Assembly (NCBI GenBank): GCA_034433695.1
Contig: DAOUAK010000160.1
Coordinates: 1-63,929, forward strand
Length of the DNA: 63,929 nt
Reading direction: 5' to 3'
From: Chloroflexia bacterium
Lineage (GTDB): Bacteria > Chloroflexota > Chloroflexia > DTKN01
Shown here: piece by piece, positions 1 to 8,500 of the stretch
Layout: every line of letters begins with the position of its first letter
Position numbering within the stretch: position 1 is the first letter of the stretch
The notes under the pieces: model-generated
Told to the model about the DNA's origin: nothing
Databases searched by the model: none
Seen by the model: the letters and a program-made list of their open reading frames with translations, nothing else
Position numbers and translations under genes: made by a program

Positions 1-467
1 AGGCCGACATCAAGGCGCTCAAGGACGATATGGGCTCCGTCAAGGGACGCCTTCTGGAGATGGACTACCGGGAAAAGGCCCCGGCATATTTCGGTCGCCT
101 GTTGCGTCGGGTGCGGGTGCTTCCGCTGGTCGAGTGGCTGGAGGAATTGGAAGCGCATCTTTCGCCGGAGGAGGTGGATGAGGTCTGGCGGCTGGACCTG
201 GTGGTGGGTGGGGTGGTGAAGGAAGGGCCGGAGGTATGGCTGGCGGTGGAGGTTTCGGCCGTCATGGATCGGAACGATGTCGAGCGGGCGGCGCGGCGGG
301 CGGGACTTTTGCGCCGGTTGGGTCGGCCGGTTGTGGCGGCGGTGGCCGGGGAGGAGGCAACCGAGGGAGGAGTGGAAGCAGCACGAACCTATCGGGTCGC
401 GCTTTTTCAGGATGGACGCCCCCGCTTTTGGTCGGAAGCCCTGGAGGCGGCAGTCGGGGGGGCTTGA
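1..467 (+). CDS. hypothetical protein, 3' part (5' end lies upstream of the window); small nuclease-fold protein suspected only
   Basis: The frame is open from position 3 (ADIKALKDD...) to the stop at 465-467. The pattern RLDLVVGG...VWLAVEVS loosely resembles D...E-x-K/S cores of PD-(D/E)XK-like proteins. Family not verifiable here. Confidence 0.4.
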   Translation, partial: ADIKALKDDMGSVKGRLLEMDYREKAPAYFGRLLRRVRVLPLVEWLEELEAHLSPEEVDEVWRLDLVVGGVVKEGPEVWLAVEVSAVMDRNDVERAARRAGLLRRLGRPVVAAVAGEEATEGGVEAARTYRVALFQDGRPRFWSEALEAAVGGA

Positions 468-523
468 CCCGCTTGTGTCGTCGGCCCGGGAATGTCCCTG
501 TACTTCGCCCGAAAGGAAACCCG

Positions 524-2059
524 ATGCCTGAAGCGAGCAAAAAGAGGGTGGTGCTGGGCCTGTATCAGGACACGCAGGGTTGCACGGCCGTGCTGATGGA
601 TGCGGATGGCCGGCTTTTGGGTCGCAGTTATGCGATGGTCTCCCAGCATCGGCCGCAACCCGGCTGGGTGGAGTACGACCCCTACGAAATCTGGCACCGT
701 TCCTGGCAATCCATCGACCAGGTGTGCAAGGCCACAGGTGTGGCGCGCCAGGAGGTGGCGGCACTGGGTATCACCACGCAGCAGGGGACGGTCGTCGTCT
801 GGGAACGCTCCGGCGGTCGTCCGCTGGGCCCGGCCATCTCCTGGCGTTGCCAGCGCACAACCGAAATTTGCCAGGCTCTGCGAGACTCCGGCCGGGAAGC
901 CTTCATTCGCGGGCGCAGCGGCGGTTTGCTGGATACCACCACCGCCGGCCCCAAGTTGCGCTGGCTTCTGGAAAACATCCCCGGTCTGCGCGACCGGGCG
1001 GCCCGAGGGGAAGTATGCGCCGGAACGGTGGATTCCTGGCTTCTTTGGAACCTCACCGGGGGAGCCGTACACGCCACCGATCGCACCAGTGCTTCGGATA
1101 CTCTCCTTTTCAACCTGCATACCGACGACTGGGATGAGGAACTTCTCTCCCTGCTGGGCGTCCCGCGAGCCATGCTGCCGGAAGTCCACCCTTCGGGCCA
1201 CTTCTACGGCCATTTTGCCGAACAGGTGCCCATCACCGCACTTTGTGCCGACCAGCAGGCCGGCCTGGTGGGGTTGGGTTGTCTGGGGCCGGGCCTGGCC
1301 AAAGCAACCTACGGGCGCGATGCCATCGTGATGATGGATATCGGCCCGACGCCCCTGGATACGTCCGGCCGGTTGCGGTGCGCGGCTGCTCCGACGCTGG
1401 AGGGCGAGGCGCCCCGTTTTGCGCTGGAGGGGCGAGTTCTGACGGCCGGCCTGGTGATCGAGTGGTTGCGCGATGAACTGGCCCTTATCCCTACCGTGGC
1501 CGAGTCCGAGGTGCTGGCCCATCAGGTTCCCGGCAGTGGTGGCGTGTACGTTATTCCGGCCTTCCAGGGCCTGGGGGCGCCCTACTGGTTGCCTCAGGTA
1601 CGGGGGAGCATCGTAGGACTGGGGCCCACAAGCAGTCGAGCCCAGATCGTCCGTGCCGCGCTGGAGGGATTGGCCTACCGCGTCCGCGACATCGTGGAGG
1701 AGATTGGTCGCTGGAGCGGGCAGGAATTGCGTGAGTTACGCGCCGATGGCGGGGCCGCCGCCAACAACTTTCTCCTCCAGTTCCAGGCGGACATCCTGGG
1801 GGTCCCGGTGCGCCGACACCGTTTTATCCACGCCGCAGCCACCGGTATCGCTTACCTGGCCGGAAGGCAGGCCGGCCTGTGGGAAGATCTGGGGAAGTTG
1901 ACCGCCCCCTGGCCCGAGGAGCGCCTCTTTGCGCCCTCAATACCGGAGGAAACCCGACAGATGCTTTACAAGGGTTGGCAGGAAGCCCTCGGCCATCTGA
2001 TCGCCCGCCCGGAAAATTCGCCCGACCTTTTCTCCGGTCGGGAGGAGAGGTCATCGTAA
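524..2059 (+). CDS. glycerol kinase (GlpK)-like FGGY-family protein with degenerate phosphate-binding and glycerol-binding motifs
   Basis: ATG at 524 is preceded by GAAAGGAAA; the ORF-track start at 236 is an extension. The 511-aa product is collinear with glycerol kinases (GWVEYDPYEIW, TVDSWLLWNLTGG, ADQQAG, VIPAFQGLGAPYW, ADGGAAANNFLLQFQADILG). The phosphate-1/2 loops and glycerol contacts are substituted (see finding). Confidence 0.85.
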   Translation: MPEASKKRVVLGLYQDTQGCTAVLMDADGRLLGRSYAMVSQHRPQPGWVEYDPYEIWHRSWQSIDQVCKATGVARQEVAALGITTQQGTVVVWERSGGRPLGPAISWRCQRTTEICQALRDSGREAFIRGRSGGLLDTTTAGPKLRWLLENIPGLRDRAARGEVCAGTVDSWLLWNLTGGAVHATDRTSASDTLLFNLHTDDWDEELLSLLGVPRAMLPEVHPSGHFYGHFAEQVPITALCADQQAGLVGLGCLGPGLAKATYGRDAIVMMDIGPTPLDTSGRLRCAAAPTLEGEAPRFALEGRVLTAGLVIEWLRDELALIPTVAESEVLAHQVPGSGGVYVIPAFQGLGAPYWLPQVRGSIVGLGPTSSRAQIVRAALEGLAYRVRDIVEEIGRWSGQELRELRADGGAAANNFLLQFQADILGVPVRRHRFIHAAATGIAYLAGRQAGLWEDLGKLTAPWPEERLFAPSIPEETRQMLYKGWQEALGHLIARPENSPDLFSGREERSS

Positions 2060-2079
2060 AAACGATTTCTGGGAAAAAG

Positions 2080-3546
2080 ATGGAGCCGACACCGCTTCGA
2101 CAACTGCAGGAACTTTTAAACGAACTTGCCGCTGCCCAGGCCCGCTGGAAAAGCCTTCTGGAAGAAGGGGAGGACGCCCGCCGACGCCGGCCTTCCGCAG
2201 ACTTCCTGAACGAACTTCGCCGGGCCAGTGAGTTTGTCTCCCAACTGCTCCCGCTCCTGCAATCGCTTCGACAGGAATTCTCCCTCGTCCAGCGAGAACG
2301 GGAACACCTAGTCACCCTCTTTGAAATCAGCCAACTGGTCAACTCGACCCTGAAACTGGAGGACCTGCTCGAGATCGTCATAGACCGGGCCATTGCCGTA
2401 ACCGGTGCAGAGCGAGGTTTCCTTATGCTGCGGGACATGGCCAGCGGCCAACTCCATTTTGCCGTGGCCCGAAACATGCGCCAGCAAGATATCGAGGAAT
2501 CGGCCTTCCAGGTGAGCCGCAGCATTGTCAATCGGGTGGCCGAGACGGCCGAACCGATCCTCACCGACAACGCCAGCCAGGATCCCCGTTTTGCCGATAG
2601 TGTCAGTATCGCCACCTACGTTCTACGCTCTATCCTCTGCGTGCCCTTGCAGGTAAAGAACCACACCATCGGTGTGCTCTATGTGGATAACCGGGTGCGC
2701 ATCGGCCATTTTACTCCCGAGGACCTCAGCCTGCTCACCGCCTTCGCCAACCAGGCCGCCGTAGCCATCGAAAACGCCCGGCTCTTCGAACACGTCTGCG
2801 TCCTGGACCGACTCAAGGGCGACTTCCTGGAGAGCGTCTCTCACGAATTGCGCTCGCCCCTGACTTCGCTGATCCTGGGCCTGGAACTGGTCCAGGCATC
2901 GCTCCAGGGGACGGACCTCGATCTGCTGGATACGGTGGTGGAAAGCGCCCGGCGGCTGGGCGACATCGTGGAGCGGCTGACCCGGTTCTCCGAAATCGAG
3001 CGTGAGGGGGCGGCCTGGATCGGCGCCGAGGGTAGCCAGACCATCCCGCTGCGGGAACTTCTGGGAGAAGCCTTAGAGCCGCACCGGGCTGAGGCCGAGA
3101 AGAAAGGGTTGATGATGAACCTGGTCATCGAGGGAGAGATGGTTTCCCTGCCGGTGCCGCGGGGGCTTTTACGGGCGCTGCACGAACTTTTGACCAACGC
3201 GGTGTCCTATACCGAGAAGGGGGTCATCTTTGTTACCGCCCGGCGTGCCGGCCAGGAGATGCTCATCAGCGTGGCCGATACCGGGATCGGTGTGCCCTCA
3301 GATGAGATGCCCTATATCTTCGATAAACTCTTCCGCGGCCGTAAGGTACGTGCTCTGGCCCGGACGCAGGGGTTAGGACTGGGGCTGGCCGTGGCGCGCT
3401 GGGTGGTAGAGACTTTGGGCGGATCTATCTGGGCCGAAAGCATGGAAGGCAAGGGCAGCGTCTTCACCATCTCTCTGCCGCTGGAGGAAACGAAACAGGG
3501 CTGGCAGGTCAAGGCGGTCACTGGAGTGGGAGACGCTCCCCGGTAA
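2080..3546 (+). CDS. GAF-domain sensor histidine kinase
   Basis: ATG at 2080, 20 nt after the GlpK-like stop. GAF-like segment (AERGFLML...ILCVPL), H-box SHELRSPLTS, N box LLTNAVSYT, and G boxes DTGIGV and GLGLGLAV. Confidence 0.85.
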   Translation: MEPTPLRQLQELLNELAAAQARWKSLLEEGEDARRRRPSADFLNELRRASEFVSQLLPLLQSLRQEFSLVQREREHLVTLFEISQLVNSTLKLEDLLEIVIDRAIAVTGAERGFLMLRDMASGQLHFAVARNMRQQDIEESAFQVSRSIVNRVAETAEPILTDNASQDPRFADSVSIATYVLRSILCVPLQVKNHTIGVLYVDNRVRIGHFTPEDLSLLTAFANQAAVAIENARLFEHVCVLDRLKGDFLESVSHELRSPLTSLILGLELVQASLQGTDLDLLDTVVESARRLGDIVERLTRFSEIEREGAAWIGAEGSQTIPLRELLGEALEPHRAEAEKKGLMMNLVIEGEMVSLPVPRGLLRALHELLTNAVSYTEKGVIFVTARRAGQEMLISVADTGIGVPSDEMPYIFDKLFRGRKVRALARTQGLGLGLAVARWVVETLGGSIWAESMEGKGSVFTISLPLEETKQGWQVKAVTGVGDAPR

Positions 3547-3641
3547 CAGGACGCCGCCGGGAATAGAAACGCGGAAAAGGTTGTCCATCGTAGAAACGGC
3601 TGGCCGCCCGAAAAAGCATGGGCTATTCTCCGGGGGGACTT

Positions 3642-5402
3642 TCAAATTGTGCCCTCCTGCCTCCCCATCCGCTCTACTTCCTCCGCGACGATGCTTTCCT
3701 CCAGTTTGCGGAAAAGGGGCTGCGGCCGGCCCAGTTTTTGCCCCACAGGGAGTGTACTGGAAGCCCAGCGTCCTTCCCAATTTCCGGGATACCAGCGGTA
3801 TACGCGGTGTTTCTCTCCTTCCTCGTCCACTTCCTCGAAGCGCATTTCCCCGCTGATGGTGCCGCTGTAGCCTAGCATCAGGTGAAGGGACTGGGAGGCA
3901 TGGGGAGTAAAGGGGCAGAAAAGCACCTTCAGGCTATCTACCAGTCGCAGGGCGGTAAAAAGCGTGGTAGCCGTGCGGGCCGGGTCGTCTCGAACCGTAT
4001 GCCAGGGGGCGCACTCCTCCAGATAGCGGTTGCCCTCCTGGGCCAGGTCCATAACTGCCTGGACGGCGGCCTTGAACTTGCACTGGCCGAGAAGGGTCCC
4101 CACGCTCTGGAAAGCCTCTTCCGTCCGGGCCAGAATTTCCCGATCGCGGGCGTTCATCTCGTCCGGGGCAGGCACGGCTCCGCCGAAGTAACGGTGGGTC
4201 ATGCTCAGAACCCGGTGAACCAGGTTGCCCCAGGTAGCCACCAGTTCGTCGTTGTTGCGGCGGAGAAATTCGGCCCAGGTAAAGTCGGTGTCCCGCGTCT
4301 CCGGGCCGTTGATGGTCAAATAATAGCGGAGGGGATCGGGCTCATAACGGGAGAGGAAGTAGGGCAACCAGACGGCCACATTCCGGCTGGTGGAGAAGCG
4401 CTTGCCCTCCATCGTCAGGAACTCGGAGGAAACCACGTCATAGGGCAGTTGCAATGTCTCATCGTAGCCCATGAGCATGGAGGGCCAGATGATCGTATGG
4501 AAGACGATATTATCCTTGCCCATGAAGTAGTAATGGCGGGCCGACGGATTCCTCCACCACTCCTGCCAGCGTTCCGGATCGCCCACCAGTACGGCCCACT
4601 CCTGGCTGGCGGAGAGGTAGCCGATGACGGCCTCGAACCAGACGTAGATGCGTTTATCGTCATAGCCGGGCAGGGGAATGGGCACGCCCCATTCGATGTC
4701 GCGGGTGATCGGGCGGGGGCGCAGGCCTTCTTCCAGAAGGCCGTGGGTGAAGTTGAGCACGTTAGGCCGCCAGTAGGCCTCTTTCCCCTGGAGATACCGG
4801 CGCAATCGTTCCTCAAAGGCCGGCAGATTCAGGAAAAAGTGCTCCGTTTCCCGAAAGACGGGCGGGTTGCCGCACAACTTGCAGCGCGGATTCCGAAGTT
4901 CGGTGGCGTTGAGCGGCCGGCCACAGGCATCGCACTGGTCGCCCCGGGCCTCTTCATAGCCGCAGAAGGGGCAGGTCCCCTCCACGTAGCGGTCGGGAAG
5001 AAAACGCCGGTCATATTCACAGTAGGTGCCGGTCATCGTATCGGCGAAAATCGTACCTCGTTCCTTGTGCCGGAGAAAAATGTCCTGTACCACCCGAAAA
5101 TGGTTGCGGGTATGGGTCCGGGTGAAGAGGTCGTAGGAAATACCCAACTGGGCCAGGTTCTCGGCAATCTCGCGGTTGTAGTAGTCCGAGATTTCTTGAG
5201 GCGTCTTGCCTTCCCGTTCGGCACGCAGGGTGGTCGGTGTTCCGTGGTCGTCCGTGCCGGAGACCATCAGCACATCATTTCCGACCAAACGATGGTAACG
5301 GGCAAAGATGTCGCAGGGAATGCCAAAACCGGCCACGTGGCCCAGGTGCCGTGAGCCGGAGGCATAGGGCCAGGCAACGCCGATATAGATTTTCTCAGCC
5401 AT
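3642..5402 (-). CDS. metG: methionine--tRNA ligase
   Basis: WPYASGSRHLGH (HIGH-type motif), Cys knuckles CPFCG..CDACG and CKLCG, MetRS-like throughout. ATG at 5402 has GAGG 7 nt upstream; the ORF-track start at 5423 is an extension. Confidence 0.95.
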   Translation of the reverse strand: MAEKIYIGVAWPYASGSRHLGHVAGFGIPCDIFARYHRLVGNDVLMVSGTDDHGTPTTLRAEREGKTPQEISDYYNREIAENLAQLGISYDLFTRTHTRNHFRVVQDIFLRHKERGTIFADTMTGTYCEYDRRFLPDRYVEGTCPFCGYEEARGDQCDACGRPLNATELRNPRCKLCGNPPVFRETEHFFLNLPAFEERLRRYLQGKEAYWRPNVLNFTHGLLEEGLRPRPITRDIEWGVPIPLPGYDDKRIYVWFEAVIGYLSASQEWAVLVGDPERWQEWWRNPSARHYYFMGKDNIVFHTIIWPSMLMGYDETLQLPYDVVSSEFLTMEGKRFSTSRNVAVWLPYFLSRYEPDPLRYYLTINGPETRDTDFTWAEFLRRNNDELVATWGNLVHRVLSMTHRYFGGAVPAPDEMNARDREILARTEEAFQSVGTLLGQCKFKAAVQAVMDLAQEGNRYLEECAPWHTVRDDPARTATTLFTALRLVDSLKVLFCPFTPHASQSLHLMLGYSGTISGEMRFEEVDEEGEKHRVYRWYPGNWEGRWASSTLPVGQKLGRPQPLFRKLEESIVAEEVERMGRQEGTI

Positions 5403-5440
5403 CGCCTTACCTCGCCGGTCCAAGATAAAGGTACAGGGCC

Positions 5441-5469
5441 ATTATAGTGCATCCTTTCGGGTTTCGCAA
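5441..5469 (-). promoter_or_regulatory. sigma70-type promoter for metG (TTGCGA-17-TATAAT on minus strand)
   Basis: Reverse complement reads TTGCGA (5469-5464), a 17-nt spacer, then TATAAT (5446-5441). It lies about 35 nt upstream of the metG ATG. Confidence 0.45.
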
Positions 5470-5477
5470 GCGGCGGC

Positions 5478-5506
5478 TTGACGCCACAGCCCTGGTGTGA
5501 TAAAAA
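5478..5506 (+). promoter_or_regulatory. sigma70-type promoter for the C25 peptidase gene (TTGACG-17-TGaTAAAAA)
   Basis: TTGACG at 5478-5483, 17-nt spacer, extended -10 TGa + TAAAAA at 5498-5506. It lies about 27 nt upstream of ATG 5533. Confidence 0.4.
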
Positions 5507-5532
5507 TGTAGAAAAGCGCTCCGGAGGTGAAG

Positions 5533-8500
5533 ATGCGAGGGCTACGGCCCGACCGCCGGTTTTTTGCCCTGGTTTTGCTGGTTTTGCTCGGCCTGGGGAA
5601 CATGCCGGCCGCAACTATGGAGGGGTGGGGCCGGCCCTCTTTCTTTCGGGCGGAAAATGCCCCATCCGGCCCCGTCCTGATCGAAGCGGGCGAACGCCAC
5701 ATCGTCCTGGAGTGGACTGCGCCGCCCTACCAGGTTTCGGTCGTGGAGATAGGAGGGCAGGCTTTCCAGCGCCTTTCCGTCCCGGACTGTCCCCCCGCCG
5801 GCCAGACCGGAGAGCCGGAGATGCCTGTCTGCACCGCCGTCCTAGGGGTCCCGCCGGACGCCTCCCTCTCTCTGCGTATCCTGGAGGCGGAAACTGTTTC
5901 GCTCCCGGGGAACTGGATGCTTCCTCCCCTGCCCGAGCCGGAAATCGAGGAACAGGTGCCCTGGACCGGTCCGGAGTCCATCCGCATCGTGGGGAAAGGT
6001 TACCTTCCGGGGCCGGCCTACCGGAACGATGCGCTTTTTCCTCCCCAACCGGCCGCCCTGGGAGAGCCGGCCTTTCTCCGCCACCAGCGGCTGGTCTCTA
6101 TTTCCTTTTTCCCCTTCCAGTATAATCCCTCGAGCAGACGTCTCCTCCATGTTTCCCGCCTGCGTCTGGAGATTGCCTTTGGGGAAAGCCGTGAGGGAAT
6201 GGGGGAGGTCCCCGAACCACCCGGTTTCGAGCGCCTCCTGGCCCGCACCCTGCTCAACTATGCCCAGGCCCGCTCCTGGCGTCGGGTGACTTCCGTGCCC
6301 TCCGATCTCCCCCCACCGCCTCCGAACCCCGGTTTCCGCATTCCGGTGGAGCAGGAGGGACTGTATCGGCTGACCTATTCCTTCCTCCAGCAGGCCGGCC
6401 TGCCGGTAGATAGCCTGGACCCGCGTACTTTCCGCCTCTTCCGCTACGGGCAGGAGGTGGCCATCCGCGTCCTGGGGGAAAAAGACGGACGTTTTGACCC
6501 CCAGGATGTCGTGTTCTTCTACGGCCGGCCGCTTTCCGACAACCGCTACACCGACGCCGAAGTCTACTGGCTGACCTACGGGGGAGAGGCCGGCCGGCGT
6601 ATGGCCCAACGCGACGGCACGCCCAGGGGTGGTTCCGTTCCCACCTCTTTCCCTGCGGTCGAACCTCTGGAAGAAAACCACCTGTATTACCCTATGATGC
6701 CCTGGCGTCCCGACCACGACCACTGGTTCTGGAACTACACCTACCCGGAGGGCGGGATCTTCGTCCAGACCTACCTGTTTCCGGCCCATCCCCTGGCCGG
6801 GGAAGGCTACACGGCCACCCTCCGTCTGCACCTGCACGGCGGCAATCGGGACGACTCTGTGAACCCGGACCACCATATCCGTGTCTTCCTGAACGATGTG
6901 CTCCTGGGAGACCTCTGGTGGGACGGGCGGATCGAACTTACCCCAACCTGGACCTTTCCTTCCACCCTGTTACAACCTTCGGGAAATGCGGTCCGCGTCG
7001 AGGCTCCCGGGGATACCGGCGCCGTCGCCGATTGGGTCGTCTACGACTGGCTGAAACTGGAGGAACGCCGGCGCTTCGCCGCCGAGGGGAACTCTCTTTC
7101 CTGGGAGGGCCCGGCCGGCACCTGGGAATACCACCTGACGGACTTTACCCAGCCCGGGGTCTTTCTCCTGGATATCACCGAGGCCGATGCCCCGGTCGAG
7201 ATTGTCAGCGCCACGGTCGTTCCGATGCCCCCTTCGTATTCCGTTCATTTTACCGATGCCGCTGCTCAGCCGAGGCGCTACCTGGCCGTGACCGAAGACC
7301 GGGTGCTGGAGCCGGCCTCTATCGAACCGGCCGACCCCGCGAACCTGCGCGACCCGGCCAACGGGGCCGATTACTTGGTCATTACCTATGGCGATTTTTA
7401 CACCCAGGCCCAGGTCCTGGCTTCCTTCCGCGCCAGCCGGGGACTGCGGGCCCGGGCGGTGGATGTCCAGGATGTCTACGACCTCTTCGCCTACGGCCGG
7501 CGCATTCCCGAGGCCCTCCACGACTTCCTGGCCTATACCTACGAGAACTGGACTCCTCCCGCCCCCGCCTATGTCGTCCTCCTGGGCGACGGCCATTTCG
7601 ACCCCAAAGACCACCGGGGGTACGGCCTGCGCGAATACATCCTGCCCTACCTGGCCCTTGTGGACCCTTGGAACGGGGAGACAGCGGCCGACAACCGCTA
7701 CGTCTGCCTGAGCGGGGAAGACCTCCTGCCCGATATGGACCTGGGCCGGATGCCGGCCAACACGCCCACCGAGGCCCAGGTGATGGTCAACAAGATCATC
7801 GCCTACGAAAGCGCCCCACCTCCCGGAGATTGGCGGACCCGAGGCCTTTTTGTGGCCGATAACCCCGATCAGGCCGGAAACTTTCCGGGCCTTTCGGATG
7901 CATTGATCGCCGGCTTCTACCCTCCGCCCTACCAGGCCCAACGGGTTTACCTGGGGAATACGTGCGCTTATGAGAACCCTTCGGTCGCCTGTCGAACCGA
8001 AATCCTTTCGGCACTCAACGAGGGCCGTCTGCTGGTCAACTACATCGGCCACGGCGGTATCTGGCTCTGGGCCAACGAACGCCTCCTGGATAACTTTGCC
8101 CTGCCGCAACTATCCAACGCGCCCTACCTGCCGGTGGCCCTGGCCATGACCTGCTACGAGGGGATGTACCACTGGACCTATCTGAACCCGAACTACTTTT
8201 CCCTGGCCGAGACCTTTCTACGGGCCGAGGGCAAAGGCTGGGTGGCTTCCTGGTCCCCCACCGGATTGGGCGTGGCTACCGGCCACCATTACCTGAACGA
8301 GGGCTTTTTCCAGGCCCTCTTCCTGGATGACGAACATCGCCTGGGACCGGCTACTCTGGCGGGAAAGTTGCGTCTGTGGCAGGCCAGCTCCTGGCAGGAC
8401 CTCCTGGACACCTATCTTCTCCTGGGCGATCCGGCCCTGGAGATGCCCCTTCTGGAGACCGACCTGGCGCTGGAGAAAGAGAATTCCCAGACGCCCCTGC

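Noticed and set aside
236-523. Upstream in-frame extensions of many ORF-track entries. Starts at 236, 1879, 5423, 10356, 11267, 12447, 13291, 15727, 28525, 37448, 39471, 41221, 43082, 45144 and 59364, and the TTG at 62137.
   Set aside because: The extensions overlap the preceding genes, are compositionally odd and lack ribosome-binding sites. Internal ATG/GTG codons with AGGAGG-like sequences and family-typical N-termini were chosen instead.
407-1522. Long antisense or alternative-frame ORFs throughout the window. Examples: 407-1522(-), 3882-5354(+), 8218-9690(-), 11414-13027(-), 41362-42975(-), 43753-45450(-), 50901-53018(-), 53319-54602(-), 56342-59443(-), 62161-63369(+).
   Set aside because: Their translations are Arg/Gly/Pro/Ala-rich low-complexity strings without motifs. 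They lie opposite or out of frame to genes with unmistakable family signatures. These are typical shadow ORFs of a high-GC genome.
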